Shown here: positions 32,313-42,500 of the stretch, piece after piece
How the letters are laid out: each line of letters starts with the position of its first letter
How positions within the stretch are numbered: the stretch's first letter is position 1
Assembly (NCBI GenBank): GCA_044224875.1
Contig: JBGAJQ010000029.1
Coordinates: 1 to 60,103, forward strand
DNA: 60,103 nt
Reading direction: 5' to 3'
Source of the DNA: Gemmatimonadaceae bacterium
GTDB lineage: Bacteria > Gemmatimonadota > Gemmatimonadetes > Gemmatimonadales > Gemmatimonadaceae
Made by a program: the position numbers and the translations under genes
The notes under the pieces: generated by a model
Seen by the model: only the letters and a program-made list of their open reading frames with translations
Told to the model about the DNA's origin: nothing
The model's database searches: none

Positions 32313-33263
32313 TCAATCCGGGTTGCCGCTGGGTGACTGCGAGGTTCCGGGCTGCGTGCGGGCCAACACCAGACCGGCCATGATGCAACCGGCGCCCACC
32401 ACCTGCCACGCGGTGGGACGCTCGCCGAGGGCCAGCCACGCGACCACCATCGCGATCAACGGTTGAAGGTTGCTGTACATGGACGTGCGCGTGGGCCCGA
32501 TGACCCGCACGCCCCGATACCAGAATAAGTACGCGACCACGAGCGCGATCACGCCACTGAATCCCACGGCCAGCCAGATCTGCGGCGTCGTATCCCGCCA
32601 TTGGACCGCACCAAACGATGGCGCGGCGGCTCCCACCGCCACCAACGCACCGCCGAGCATCGTGTATCCACCCAGCTGCAACGGCGCGACCCGATGCGCG
32701 AATGGTCGAATCAGGATCGCATACGCCGCCCACGACGCCGCCGCAAAAAGCACGAGAACCACACCAAACAACGAATCACTCCCGGAGGTGGTTCCGGCCG
32801 CCCCCGCCACGACACTCAGGACGCCCAGCAGCTGCAAGCCTATGCCGACCATCGAACGGACGGTCACGAGTTCGCTGCCATGCCACCAGCCAAAGATCGC
32901 AATCAAGGCGGGTGTCGCCGCCATCAGCAACGCCGCCGTGGCCACCCGTGTGCGCGCAATACCCAGGATGAACAGCACCTGATATACGCCATTCCCCAAC
33001 ATCCCCAGCACCACCAGCCGCGCGCGATCGGATGCTGAGAGCACGGCTCGCTCCGATCGGGACGCCACAAGCTGGACGCCCGCCGCCAGCGGAATACGCA
33101 AGCCGTTGAACACCAGCGGTGTGAATGTCCGCGTTGCGAACTTGATGACGGAGTAATTCACGCCCCAGATCGTCGCCATCGCCAGCAACGCCAGGTCGGT
33201 TAGGCCAATGCGGTGTCTCGAGGTCTCGCGTTGCAGGGTCGATTCGTCGGCCGTGGTCGCCAT
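32313..33263 (-). CDS. DMT/EamA family transporter
   Basis: About 10 TM segments, IWGVNY, LQPLIA..LALGE. Confidence 0.9.
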   Translation of the reverse strand: MATTADESTLQRETSRHRIGLTDLALLAMATIWGVNYSVIKFATRTFTPLVFNGLRIPLAAGVQLVASRSERAVLSASDRARLVVLGMLGNGVYQVLFILGIARTRVATAALLMAATPALIAIFGWWHGSELVTVRSMVGIGLQLLGVLSVVAGAAGTTSGSDSLFGVVLVLFAAASWAAYAILIRPFAHRVAPLQLGGYTMLGGALVAVGAAAPSFGAVQWRDTTPQIWLAVGFSGVIALVVAYLFWYRGVRVIGPTRTSMYSNLQPLIAMVVAWLALGERPTAWQVVGAGCIMAGLVLARTQPGTSQSPSGNPD

Positions 33264-33343
33264 GCCGAAAACTATGAGTCCGCGTGCACCGATGGCAGCG
33301 TGCGTCTGGTGGGCCACGGCGCGTGCACGCTACGTTTCCCCCC

Positions 33344-33766
33344 ATGCATGTCTCTTTCGCTCTCTTCGCCGACGCCGCCAATATTTCGCAGGAAGGGAAG
33401 CTGAACGTGCTCGGCGTCTTCGACGCCGTGCAAGTCGGCCAGACACCTGCCGTTCATCCGCGGGCGCACCTGGTGGTGCGACTCAAGGCCACGCCGCGCG
33501 ATGTGGGGTCGCACTCTGTCACCCTGCGGTGGTTGAACCCGCACGAGGAGGAGCTGTGGTCGTCCACTGGCGAGATCGACGTGGGTATGCCGCCCGCGAC
33601 GGTGACGGAGATGGACATGCCGATCATCGCGTCAATCGACCTGCCGCTCGACCAGGTGGGCAACTTCACCATGGAAGTGGCCATCGACAACGAAACGTGT
33701 GCCACCGTTGGGTTGCAGGTGCGCAGCGGCACCCCGTTCATGCCGGCACCGGCGCTGGTCAGCTGA
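33344..33766 (+). CDS. Conserved hypothetical protein (DUF6941-like, beta-rich)
   Basis: ALFADAAN...GKLNVLGVFD motif; start at ATG 33344. Confidence 0.72.
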   Translation: MHVSFALFADAANISQEGKLNVLGVFDAVQVGQTPAVHPRAHLVVRLKATPRDVGSHSVTLRWLNPHEEELWSSTGEIDVGMPPATVTEMDMPIIASIDLPLDQVGNFTMEVAIDNETCATVGLQVRSGTPFMPAPALVS

Positions 33767-33956
33767 TCGCAGGGCCGTCCGCGGGTGCTTCGGCAGGCGT
33801 GGGTGACTCGCAGGCCTTGCATCGACGCACACCGCGCATGTTGCAGATCTGACAGATGAAGGTGCCGCACCCGTCGCAGGGGTAGCCTTCGGACGCGCGT
33901 TCCTCGCGCCCGCAGGCACGGCAAACCATTGCATCATGCTCCTGAAGTTCAGCCAC
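33759..33956 (-). CDS. Small Cys-rich putative zinc-finger protein (65 aa, four CxxC pairs)
   Basis: CRAC, CDGC, CQIC, CKAC; its GTG overlaps the upstream stop (TAGTG). Confidence 0.75.
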   Translation of the reverse strand: MAELQEHDAMVCRACGREERASEGYPCDGCGTFICQICNMRGVRRCKACESPTPAEAPADGPAIS

Positions 33957-35329
33957 TATCGCTCCCCGTTGCGTCGTGCCGCTGGTGCTAACCGCGCCAG
34001 GCCATAATCGCGGATCTTCTTGATCAGCGTCGCGCGTGAGATCCCGAGGGCGCGCGCCGCATGCGTGCGGTTGCCGCTGTGTGCGCGCAAGGTACGGTCG
34101 ATGTGCGCCCGTTCCAAGTCCTCCAGCGTTCGGGGCTCATAGGCTTCGGTGGCGGCGGCCCCCGGGTGCCGGAGCTCCATCGGCAGGTGCGACAGCTCGA
34201 TGCGGTCCGTGCCACGGCCAACGATCATGGCGCGCTCCAGGACATTCCGCAGCTCGCGGATGTTGCCGGGCCAGGCGTGCCGCGCCAGGCGGTCCAGCAC
34301 GTCATCGGACAGGAGTCGTGGCGCTTCCGGCAGCTGCGCCGACAGCTCGTCGATCAAACGCGCAATCAGCTCCGCCAGGTCCTCGCGCGACCGTGCGCGC
34401 AACGGCGGCAGGTACACCGGCATGACGCTCAGCCGATAGTACAGGTCCTCGCGAAAGCGCTGTTCGGTCACCTCATTCACGAGGTCCTTGTTGGTGGCCG
34501 CCACCAAGCGCACGTTCACCTGCACGTCCCGGGCGCCCCCACACCGTCGAAACGGACGCCCTTCCAGCACCCGCAGTAGTTTGAGCTGCAGGGGCGCCGG
34601 TAGCTCGCCGATCTCGTCCAGGAAGAGCGTGCCACCATCCGCGACCTCCAACAACCCCGCGCGCACGGCTCCCCCGGCGGCACTTGTCGAGGCGTCGACG
34701 CCGAAGAGTTCTTCATCGAGGGCGTCCTGACCTAACGCCGCACAATTCGCCTCGACAAATGGACGCTCGGCACGACGGGAGTGCGCATGCACCAGGGAGG
34801 CCACACGCCCCTTCCCCGTGCCGCTCTCGCCCAGGATCAACACCGTCGTCTTGTCGCTGGCCGCCAGCAGCTCGATCTGCGCCGACAGTTCCTGCATGCG
34901 ACCCGACGATCCCAACGCGATGGCTCCGGTGCTGGTTCGTCGCTCCGTCAGGTAACGTCCGAGACGTCGCAGCTGCACCTTTTCGAGCGCCCGGTCGAGG
35001 GCGACCGACAGATGCGCCAGCTCCACTGGCTTGGTGAGGAAGTTCTCCACCCCGGACTGCACCGCGCGAACGGCATGGGGGATGTCCCCGTGCCCGGAAA
35101 TCATGATCACCACGGGGTCTTCGGCGCGGATCGCTTCATAGACGTCGAACCCGCTCATGTCCGGCAACCGCAGGTCGAGGAACACCACATCCGGGCGGTG
35201 CGACCGGTACAGGTCAACGGCATCGCGTCCGCTCGATGCGCGAATGACCTCGTGTCCTAACCGAGTACAGTACGCGCCGTAGGCTTCGGCGATGGCGTCC
35301 TCGTCGTCGACGATGAGGATGCGGGCCAT
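33956..35329 (-). CDS. NtrC/AtoC-type response regulator (REC-AAA+-Fis HTH) lacking GAFTGA
   Basis: [62 protein letters not shown]. Confidence 0.92.
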   Translation of the reverse strand: MARILIVDDEDAIAEAYGAYCTRLGHEVIRASSGRDAVDLYRSHRPDVVFLDLRLPDMSGFDVYEAIRAEDPVVIMISGHGDIPHAVRAVQSGVENFLTKPVELAHLSVALDRALEKVQLRRLGRYLTERRTSTGAIALGSSGRMQELSAQIELLAASDKTTVLILGESGTGKGRVASLVHAHSRRAERPFVEANCAALGQDALDEELFGVDASTSAAGGAVRAGLLEVADGGTLFLDEIGELPAPLQLKLLRVLEGRPFRRCGGARDVQVNVRLVAATNKDLVNEVTEQRFREDLYYRLSVMPVYLPPLRARSREDLAELIARLIDELSAQLPEAPRLLSDDVLDRLARHAWPGNIRELRNVLERAMIVGRGTDRIELSHLPMELRHPGAAATEAYEPRTLEDLERAHIDRTLRAHSGNRTHAARALGISRATLIKKIRDYGLARLAPAARRNGER

Positions 35330-38300
35330 CAGCCGCCGTCCATGTCGGCCAGCACGCGTCGTACGTCGTCAAGCGTGAACGGCTTGGGAATGCAGGGCCG
35401 GCCGGTGGACGCAACGAACGACTGCAGGGTGTTGTTCTCGGAGTCACCCGTCAGGAACACCACGCGCGGCGCCATCTCCGGCGCGCGCTCCACCAGTTCA
35501 CGGTAGAGCACATCCCCAGCGAGTCCGGGCATGCGCACGTCGAGCAGGATGCGATCGTAGGTGCGGGACGCGAGGCGTTCACGCGCCTCGAACCCGTCGG
35601 ACGCCGTGTCGATCGAGTGGCCAAGCCGGGTGAGAAAGCGCGTGAGCGCCTCACGAATTCCCGCTTCATCGTCAACCACCAGCATCGCCAGCGGCCGGTT
35701 CGGGACAGGCCATTCGCGCGAGTTGGAGCTAACGGAGCTGGCAGGCCGAGCCACCGGGAGCTCCACCACGAACGTCGCGCCAGCACCCAGCGTGGAGTCC
35801 ACGTGAATGCGGCCACCATGGTCGCGTACGATACCTTCGGCGACGGAAAGTCCCATCCCCGTCCCCTTCCCCACCCCTCGCGTCGTGAAGAACGGGTCAA
35901 AGATGCGCGCTCGGTTTTCGGGCTTGATGCCCGGCCCGGAATCCTGGACGCTGATGGTGACGCCATCGGTGGTGCGAGCGGTGCGAACCGTCAAATGGCG
36001 CGCGCCGCTCCAGTCGGTCAATGCCTGCTCCGCATTGGCCAGGAGGTTCAGCATCACTTGTTGGAGCTGAGAGGCGTCCGCCAGGACCGGTGGCAAGTGC
36101 GGCGCGAGGCTCACGTCGACGACCATGTTGTCCAGCTGCAAGGCGTACCGCCGCATGTCCACGGCCTGCGCCACCAGCACGTTGATGTCGATCGGAGACT
36201 TCTGCGAGGGCTGTTGCCTCGCAAAGGCCAGCAAGTTCCCGATGATCTTCGCGGCGCGGCGCGCCTCGCTCAGGATCATCTCGGCACTCTCGTGCTCTTC
36301 GGGCGGGAGGGCCGACGATTCCACCAGCAGTTCGCCGAGTGCCATGACGCTCGCCAGCGGGTTGTTCAACTCGTGCGACAGGCCGCTGACCAGGTGCCCC
36401 ACGGCGGCCATGCGCTCGTGACGCATCATCTGCTCCATCACGCGCTTCTCTTGCGTGACGTTTCGGACGATCGCCAATGCACCGTTCGGCACGCCTCCCG
36501 AATACAGCGGCGACGCGACGATGGACGCCCACCCCACACCGCCCTCGCGGTGCAGGAATCGCATTTCCCCGCGCTGCACCGCCCCGTGCATCGTCGCCCG
36601 GAACATCCCAGCCACGAGGTCGCGGTCGCGTGGATCGATCACCTCGAGGATGCTCGCGCCCAGGGCGCGCTCCCGCGGTACCCCCGTCGCCACCTCAAAC
36701 GTCTTGTTCAGTGCGGTCAGGTGACCAGACTGGTCCACCGTGATAATCGCATCGGGGGCGGTCTCCACCAGCAGCGCGTAGCGAGCTTCCGACCGCGCGA
36801 GGGCCTCGGCGCGGGCTCGCGTCTCCGTGACGTCGCGCATCCACACGACCACACCCTCGATTCCGCCCGCCAGCGAGAGCGGCGCAAAGCTCGCCTCGAC
36901 GGTGCGCGGATCTTGATCGGTGACCTCCACTCGGTGCTCTCCGCGCGGTGATGACCCGACGAGCGTCTGTTGCAGCTCCCGCTCGAGGTGCGTCAGCTCC
37001 TCCGCCGGCAGCAAGTCGCGCAGTGGCACGCCCTCGAGTTCGTGCCGATGAAAGAGCGCGCGCGCCGCCGGGTTCGCCGAGCTGATGACTCCCGTCGGAC
37101 CCAGGGTCAGCAAGGCGTCCGATGCCGCATCGAGCACCCGCGCATTGCGATCGAGCACGTGGGGAGCGGTGCGTTCCTCCTCCATGGTCACGATCGCACC
37201 GCCGTTCGCGTGAGGCGCGGCAGAGACGCGAAGGGCCAGACCACGCGCCGGCGCCGGCATCACACCGCGCACCGTCACCCCATCGCGCATCGCACGCTCA
37301 ACCGGGAGGTCGTCGTCCGCTGATGGCGCCTCGCCAAGGAAGGTCTCGTAGAATGGCCGCCCGACGAGCTCCCGCGGCCCTTCGATGTTCGCCAGCTGCA
37401 AGGCGCGCGCGTTGTACCGGGCGATTCGGCCTGCCTCGTCGACGATCACCATCGCGCTCCCGATCGCGTCAAAGGTCGAACTCCACTCGCGGGTGGCGTC
37501 GCTCAGTTCCTCGTACAGTCGCGCGTTCACGATGGCGACCGTCACTTGGTCGGCCAACCGGCGCAGCACGCGCGCGTCTTCCTCCTGGAATGGTTCGGCG
37601 CGATTGAAGACGGACAGAACGCCGAGCGGTCCACGCGCGGTCGTCAACGGGACGTTGATCACCTTCTCGATGTTGGCCAGCCGCCGAGACACCTGGTAGA
37701 CGGTCGGATCATTCGCGGCATCGTTCACAATTAGCGTGGCGCCCTCGCGAACGACGCGTCCGGCGACGCTACCGTGCACCGGCAGGTGCACCCCTTTCAG
37801 GAGTTCGCCCGTGCCCACCGCGGCCACGATATGCAGGTAGTCCCCCTCCAGCAGGGCGACCCCACCCCCGTCGGCGCCCAGCAACGCCGTCGCGTGTCGC
37901 AGGATCAACCGCAGCACCTCACCCATGCGCAGGGACTCGCCGACCGCGCGCGCGGCCGCGGCCAGGGCTTCGCTCTGGCGTCGTTCGCGCTCGGATTCGG
38001 CGTACAGCTGGGCATTGCTCAGCGCGATCGCGGCCTGCGTGGCAATCACCCGCAGGGACTCGACGTCTTCGACGTTGAACGCGTCCAGCGCGCGGGACCA
38101 CACCCCGACGACGCCTAACAAGCGGCGGCCGTGCATGAGGGGCGCCACCAACATCGAACCTAACGATTGCTCGCCGGCCACGGCGGCATCGCCGTCCGAC
38201 GCCGGCATGCTGGCCGAGACGTCGCCCGTGCGGGCGGCCTGTTCCACGGCCCCGCCATCCAGCGGGTAGTTGACGGCTCCCCCGGTGACCGGCGCATCGC

Positions 38301-38643
38301 CCCCCTCAACCAACCGGTGGAGGACGGCCACCGTGCCCGCATCCAGGTCCGGCCGCGCCACAAAGACCCCGTCACCACCCAGCATGCGGTGCACACCCCG
38401 CGTCAGCTCCTGCACCACTTCAGCGGCATTGAGCGTCCTGGAGATCGTGCCGCTGGCGCCTTGCAGACGCTGCAACCGCCAGGCACGCTGCATCGACACG
38501 CGGATGAGGTCGCGCAAGCGCGACGCCTGACCTTCCGGAACCCCGGCGAGCAGGGCCTCGACCTCGGCGTCGACGGAGGCCGTCAGCGGCGCGCCGAACG
38601 GTGGGGACGACTCGCGATTGGGAACGGGGGTGATCGGCGTCAT
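35329..38643 (-). CDS. Hybrid sensor histidine kinase (GAF-GAF-PAS x3-HisKA-HATPase-REC)
   Basis: SHELNNPL, NLLANA, DSGPG, DPFFTT, GTGMGL, C-terminal LVVDDE..DVRMP..KPF. Confidence 0.92.
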   Translation of the reverse strand: MTPITPVPNRESSPPFGAPLTASVDAEVEALLAGVPEGQASRLRDLIRVSMQRAWRLQRLQGASGTISRTLNAAEVVQELTRGVHRMLGGDGVFVARPDLDAGTVAVLHRLVEGGDAPVTGGAVNYPLDGGAVEQAARTGDVSASMPASDGDAAVAGEQSLGSMLVAPLMHGRRLLGVVGVWSRALDAFNVEDVESLRVIATQAAIALSNAQLYAESERERRQSEALAAAARAVGESLRMGEVLRLILRHATALLGADGGGVALLEGDYLHIVAAVGTGELLKGVHLPVHGSVAGRVVREGATLIVNDAANDPTVYQVSRRLANIEKVINVPLTTARGPLGVLSVFNRAEPFQEEDARVLRRLADQVTVAIVNARLYEELSDATREWSSTFDAIGSAMVIVDEAGRIARYNARALQLANIEGPRELVGRPFYETFLGEAPSADDDLPVERAMRDGVTVRGVMPAPARGLALRVSAAPHANGGAIVTMEEERTAPHVLDRNARVLDAASDALLTLGPTGVISSANPAARALFHRHELEGVPLRDLLPAEELTHLERELQQTLVGSSPRGEHRVEVTDQDPRTVEASFAPLSLAGGIEGVVVWMRDVTETRARAEALARSEARYALLVETAPDAIITVDQSGHLTALNKTFEVATGVPRERALGASILEVIDPRDRDLVAGMFRATMHGAVQRGEMRFLHREGGVGWASIVASPLYSGGVPNGALAIVRNVTQEKRVMEQMMRHERMAAVGHLVSGLSHELNNPLASVMALGELLVESSALPPEEHESAEMILSEARRAAKIIGNLLAFARQQPSQKSPIDINVLVAQAVDMRRYALQLDNMVVDVSLAPHLPPVLADASQLQQVMLNLLANAEQALTDWSGARHLTVRTARTTDGVTISVQDSGPGIKPENRARIFDPFFTTRGVGKGTGMGLSVAEGIVRDHGGRIHVDSTLGAGATFVVELPVARPASSVSSNSREWPVPNRPLAMLVVDDEAGIREALTRFLTRLGHSIDTASDGFEARERLASRTYDRILLDVRMPGLAGDVLYRELVERAPEMAPRVVFLTGDSENNTLQSFVASTGRPCIPKPFTLDDVRRVLADMDGG

Positions 38644-38661
38644 GAAGCGGGAGGCCGCAGC

Positions 38662-39558
38662 CTAACGAGACTCGGGAACCATCACCGTCAACGCACTCGG
38701 CTCGACGCGAAACGTCACCGGCGTCTGACCGGCAGATTCACCGTCCAGCTGCACCGGACGTTTGGGATCGGTCACCAACACGATCTCCTTCCCTTGGTGG
38801 AACTGCATGTGCGGGTGCGGGCGAAAGTCGTTCGTGAGCAAGCGCCACGTGACACCGACCGCTTCGAAGACGGTCGTCGGAGAAAGGACGCATAAGTCTA
38901 GCATCCCGTCATCGGGACGAATGCCGGGACCCAGATGGATGAGGCCGCCTAAGACGTCGCCGAAATTCGCCACAAAGGCCGCCCACGCGCCAGACCCCAC
39001 TTCGCGCCCATCGACGGTCGCTCGCAGGTGAAATCCCTGACGCGCAAACGCCGCTTGCGCCGCGGTGACGAAGTAGGTCGCCACCCCCCACCGTCGTTTC
39101 ATGGCGCCCGTCGCACGAGCCACCATCTCCGCGTCGATGCCCGTGCCGGCCGCGAAAACACTGCATCGACCGTCGCCCATCCGCGCCACATCAATCTGGC
39201 GCAGCTTGCCCGCCAACAGCGCTCGAACCCCGGCTCGAGGATGTAGCGGAATCCCCAGCGCCCGGGCAACGAGGTTGCCCGTCCCCGCGGCAAGGATTCC
39301 GAGGGGCGTCGGTGTGCCGGCGAGCACCTGCGCTATCTCCGATACCGTCCCATCGCCGCCTAACGAAAAGACCGCGTCGTGCGCTGCGGCATGGGTCGCC
39401 GCCAAGCGCGTCGCGTCGCCGGAGCTCGTCGTGTCGCATGCCGTGACCTCGACACCCGCTTCCTGCAGCGCCTGCACTGCGTCACCACGCGCCGCCCGCC
39501 CCCGGTTGGACACCGGGTTCACAATCAGCAGTACACGGCGAACGTTCAGAACCGCCAC
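38662..39558 (-). CDS. Diacylglycerol/lipid kinase family protein (DagK/YegS-like)
   Basis: LIVNPVS, GGDGTVSE, AGTGN, DDGMLD, QLDGE; start placed at GTG 39558. Confidence 0.88.
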   Translation of the reverse strand: MAVLNVRRVLLIVNPVSNRGRAARGDAVQALQEAGVEVTACDTTSSGDATRLAATHAAAHDAVFSLGGDGTVSEIAQVLAGTPTPLGILAAGTGNLVARALGIPLHPRAGVRALLAGKLRQIDVARMGDGRCSVFAAGTGIDAEMVARATGAMKRRWGVATYFVTAAQAAFARQGFHLRATVDGREVGSGAWAAFVANFGDVLGGLIHLGPGIRPDDGMLDLCVLSPTTVFEAVGVTWRLLTNDFRPHPHMQFHQGKEIVLVTDPKRPVQLDGESAGQTPVTFRVEPSALTVMVPESR

Positions 39559-42500
39559 GCCCGATAGAAGTCGAGCCCGAACTGTTGCGGCGTCGGTGCG
39601 AACCCTCGCTCCTGGCCGCAGAGCACCGCACTCGCTCCAGGCTCCACACCAAACGACACGCCGTACCCCTTCTTGAGCGTGTGCTCGACCTTCACACCGA
39701 TCGACTGTGGGTTGAACGAGCCGAACGAGCTCTGCGTCCCCGTGGTGCACAACCCCGCCTGGAATGACACCCAGGTGCGGTCGTTGATCTGCTTGCCCAA
39801 GCCGAACTGCAGTCCGTTGAAGATGGCGGTGCGCGCGGCCGCACCCACGGTCCCTTGCAGCTGGTTCTGCGCCGACTGGATCTGCACTTGATCGAAGAAC
39901 CGGCCGGTCAACGACTGAGCGAGGCGACTGCTGAGGGTCGAGAGGAACAACGACGAGAATGAGACGCCGGTGCCACGCGTGCCCCCGATCTCGAGCGACG
40001 GCGCCCCCGTCACGAGGTAGCTGATCAAGTCCGACTCCGACAGGTTGAGCGAGTCGGCGCTTTCAAACGACACCCGCGGCTGCAAGAACGTCCCCTGCAG
40101 CTTCACCCGAACGCGAATGTCGTTCCGCGTGGCGTTGTCGTTGAATTGCCGCACAACATGCAACGCGCGGATGTCGACGGCGGGGTTCAGGTCGGCATCA
40201 CCAAAAAACCGAAGCTCGCCACCTTCGATCGATAGCACGGGTTGCACCACCCCGAGGTCCAGAATGTACGTGCCCTGCTCCGTTCGCAGTCGCCCGTCCA
40301 GCGCCAACGCCACCTGCCCGTTTCGTGACGACGCCGCGGACGAACCGCGGTTCCTCGCCACCGTGACGTTGACCGCGCCACCCAACTTGATGTTGGCCTC
40401 GTCGGATCGCAGCCGCACGTCGGGGCCCATCGCAATCGCCACATTCCTCACATCGAGGTTCTGCAGCAGCCGCGGTGGAGCCTTGGGTAACAGGGTGCGG
40501 TTCGCCACCACACTGGTGTCCACGATGTTGAACAGATCGGGATCGTCCAGACTCACGATGTCCTTCTCAAAAAACTCGGGAATGTAGATGATGCCGCGAT
40601 CGATCGTCGCGCCTCCAGTCAGAGAGGAACGCAATGGACTCCCATCGAGGCTCAAATTCGCGGACACCTGCAAGTCGGCGACGCGCGGGCGCACCACCAC
40701 ATGGAACGACCGAGCGCCCAGCTGCACCGAATAGGTCGGAAGGGTATCCGCTCCAAACAGGGAAACCGATCCCTTCACCCACATGGAGTCACTGCGCTCC
40801 GGTCCGCTGGTAGCGACGAGTCGCCTGATTTCGATGCTGTCACGATCGGCTCGCAGGTCCACAAACACGTCTCGAACGCGTTCTCCCCCCATGGACTCGA
40901 TGTTGGCCCCCGCACTGTCGATTTGGACAAAGCCACTGAGCGTGGCGTGCCGGGCGCGTCCCCGAATGGCAAAATCGGCGTTCAGACGGCCGGCGGCGTT
41001 CTTCAGCGACGGGACAAAACCCTCGATGATCGCCAGATCGACGTCGCGTGATCGGAAGCCAATGTGAAGCGTGTCGTCGAGCATTCGCCGAGGGGTGCTC
41101 GCCAGGCGCAGGTCCACCGGGAGAGCCGCCGACACATCCAGCACGGTAGTGCCATCTCGAACCACGTCGAGCTTAGCCTGAGCCCTTCGGTCGGCGTAAT
41201 TGCCAGTGATGAGGATGCGCTGTAGCTCCACGCCGCCGACCGCCCCTCCCTCCACGCTGCCCTGAAGCGCCATCGTCGGCGCCATGCGCGTCCCGGTGAT
41301 GTCCAGCTTGGCCGTCAGTCGCCCACCTAACGTCACCCCGGCCTGGGCCATCATTCCCAGGTCCTTCATGGAAACCGAATCCGCGCGCGCCGTCAGCGTC
41401 ACCGCGCTGTCTGTGGGGACCACGCCTTGGAGCGTGATGCGCCCCAGGGCACCTGCCGCGCCTTCGAGGACCATGGGTTCAACGGTAACGCCATTGCTCG
41501 TCGATGCGATCCGCGACCTGCCGACCAGCGACCACTGGTCATCCCCGAACTTGAGCTGCAGGGACTCCATCCCCACATCAACAGTATCCGCGGCGACCCG
41601 CATGACCCCCGTTCCCTCGGCCGACGATCCGCCGGCGGCCGTCACACCAACGCGGTACCCGATGTCATTCGGTGTCTTGACGTCAGCCGTTCCGGCCAGC
41701 GCCAGCAACGACAGCCCGCCAGCAACGACGGTATCGCCAGTCAGGGTCAACTGACCGTGCGTGGTCCCAGTCAGCTCCATTAGGTCGGCCGTCAGATGCG
41801 CCGATCGCGCCGACATTTCGCCGACCGCGAGCCCCTCGATCAACCCACTCGCACGCAGCCCCAGGGTGTCTATCGAGCCGCGAAGCACACCGTCGATCGT
41901 CACCCGACCGCTCATGCTGTCGGACTGCGCGAGTCGCAGCGCTGCCGTATCGGCCGCGAATGACCGCAAGTACTGGCGTCGGAATCCCCCGAGTGAATCG
42001 GACCGAATCGAAAACTGCAGCGAGTCCTGCTTGTCAGGAGAAACCCCCAGACGACCCCGGGCCGTCAGCGTCCCGGCCACTGACTCGACCGACATCGAGT
42101 CCACGGTCATGAGCCCCTCGCCGAACCGCACGCGCGTGCTGCCGTTGTACACGCGCAGCGAATCAACCGTCGATCGGTCGAGATCCACGGCGAGTGAGCC
42201 GTTGGCGGTGGCTAGCGAGTCGAAGCGAACGCGAGGATTGGCCTCGCCGTTGAGCGCGGTGTGCGGGACACCTGCGGTGTCGAACAGCACACGAAGGTCG
42301 AGGTCACGAAAGCGAAAGACGCCGTCCGCCGCGTATCCCCCGACCGAGTCCGCATCCACCTTCCCTTCATAATTGAGCGCACCACCCACGCCTCGAATGT
42401 CCGCGCTCAGGTCCAAGTCCTCCATGGTCCCCTGCAAGCGGATGGGCCCCGAGTATTCGCCGCGATATGGCAGCGGAATCTCTCGATAGGCATGCGCAAT

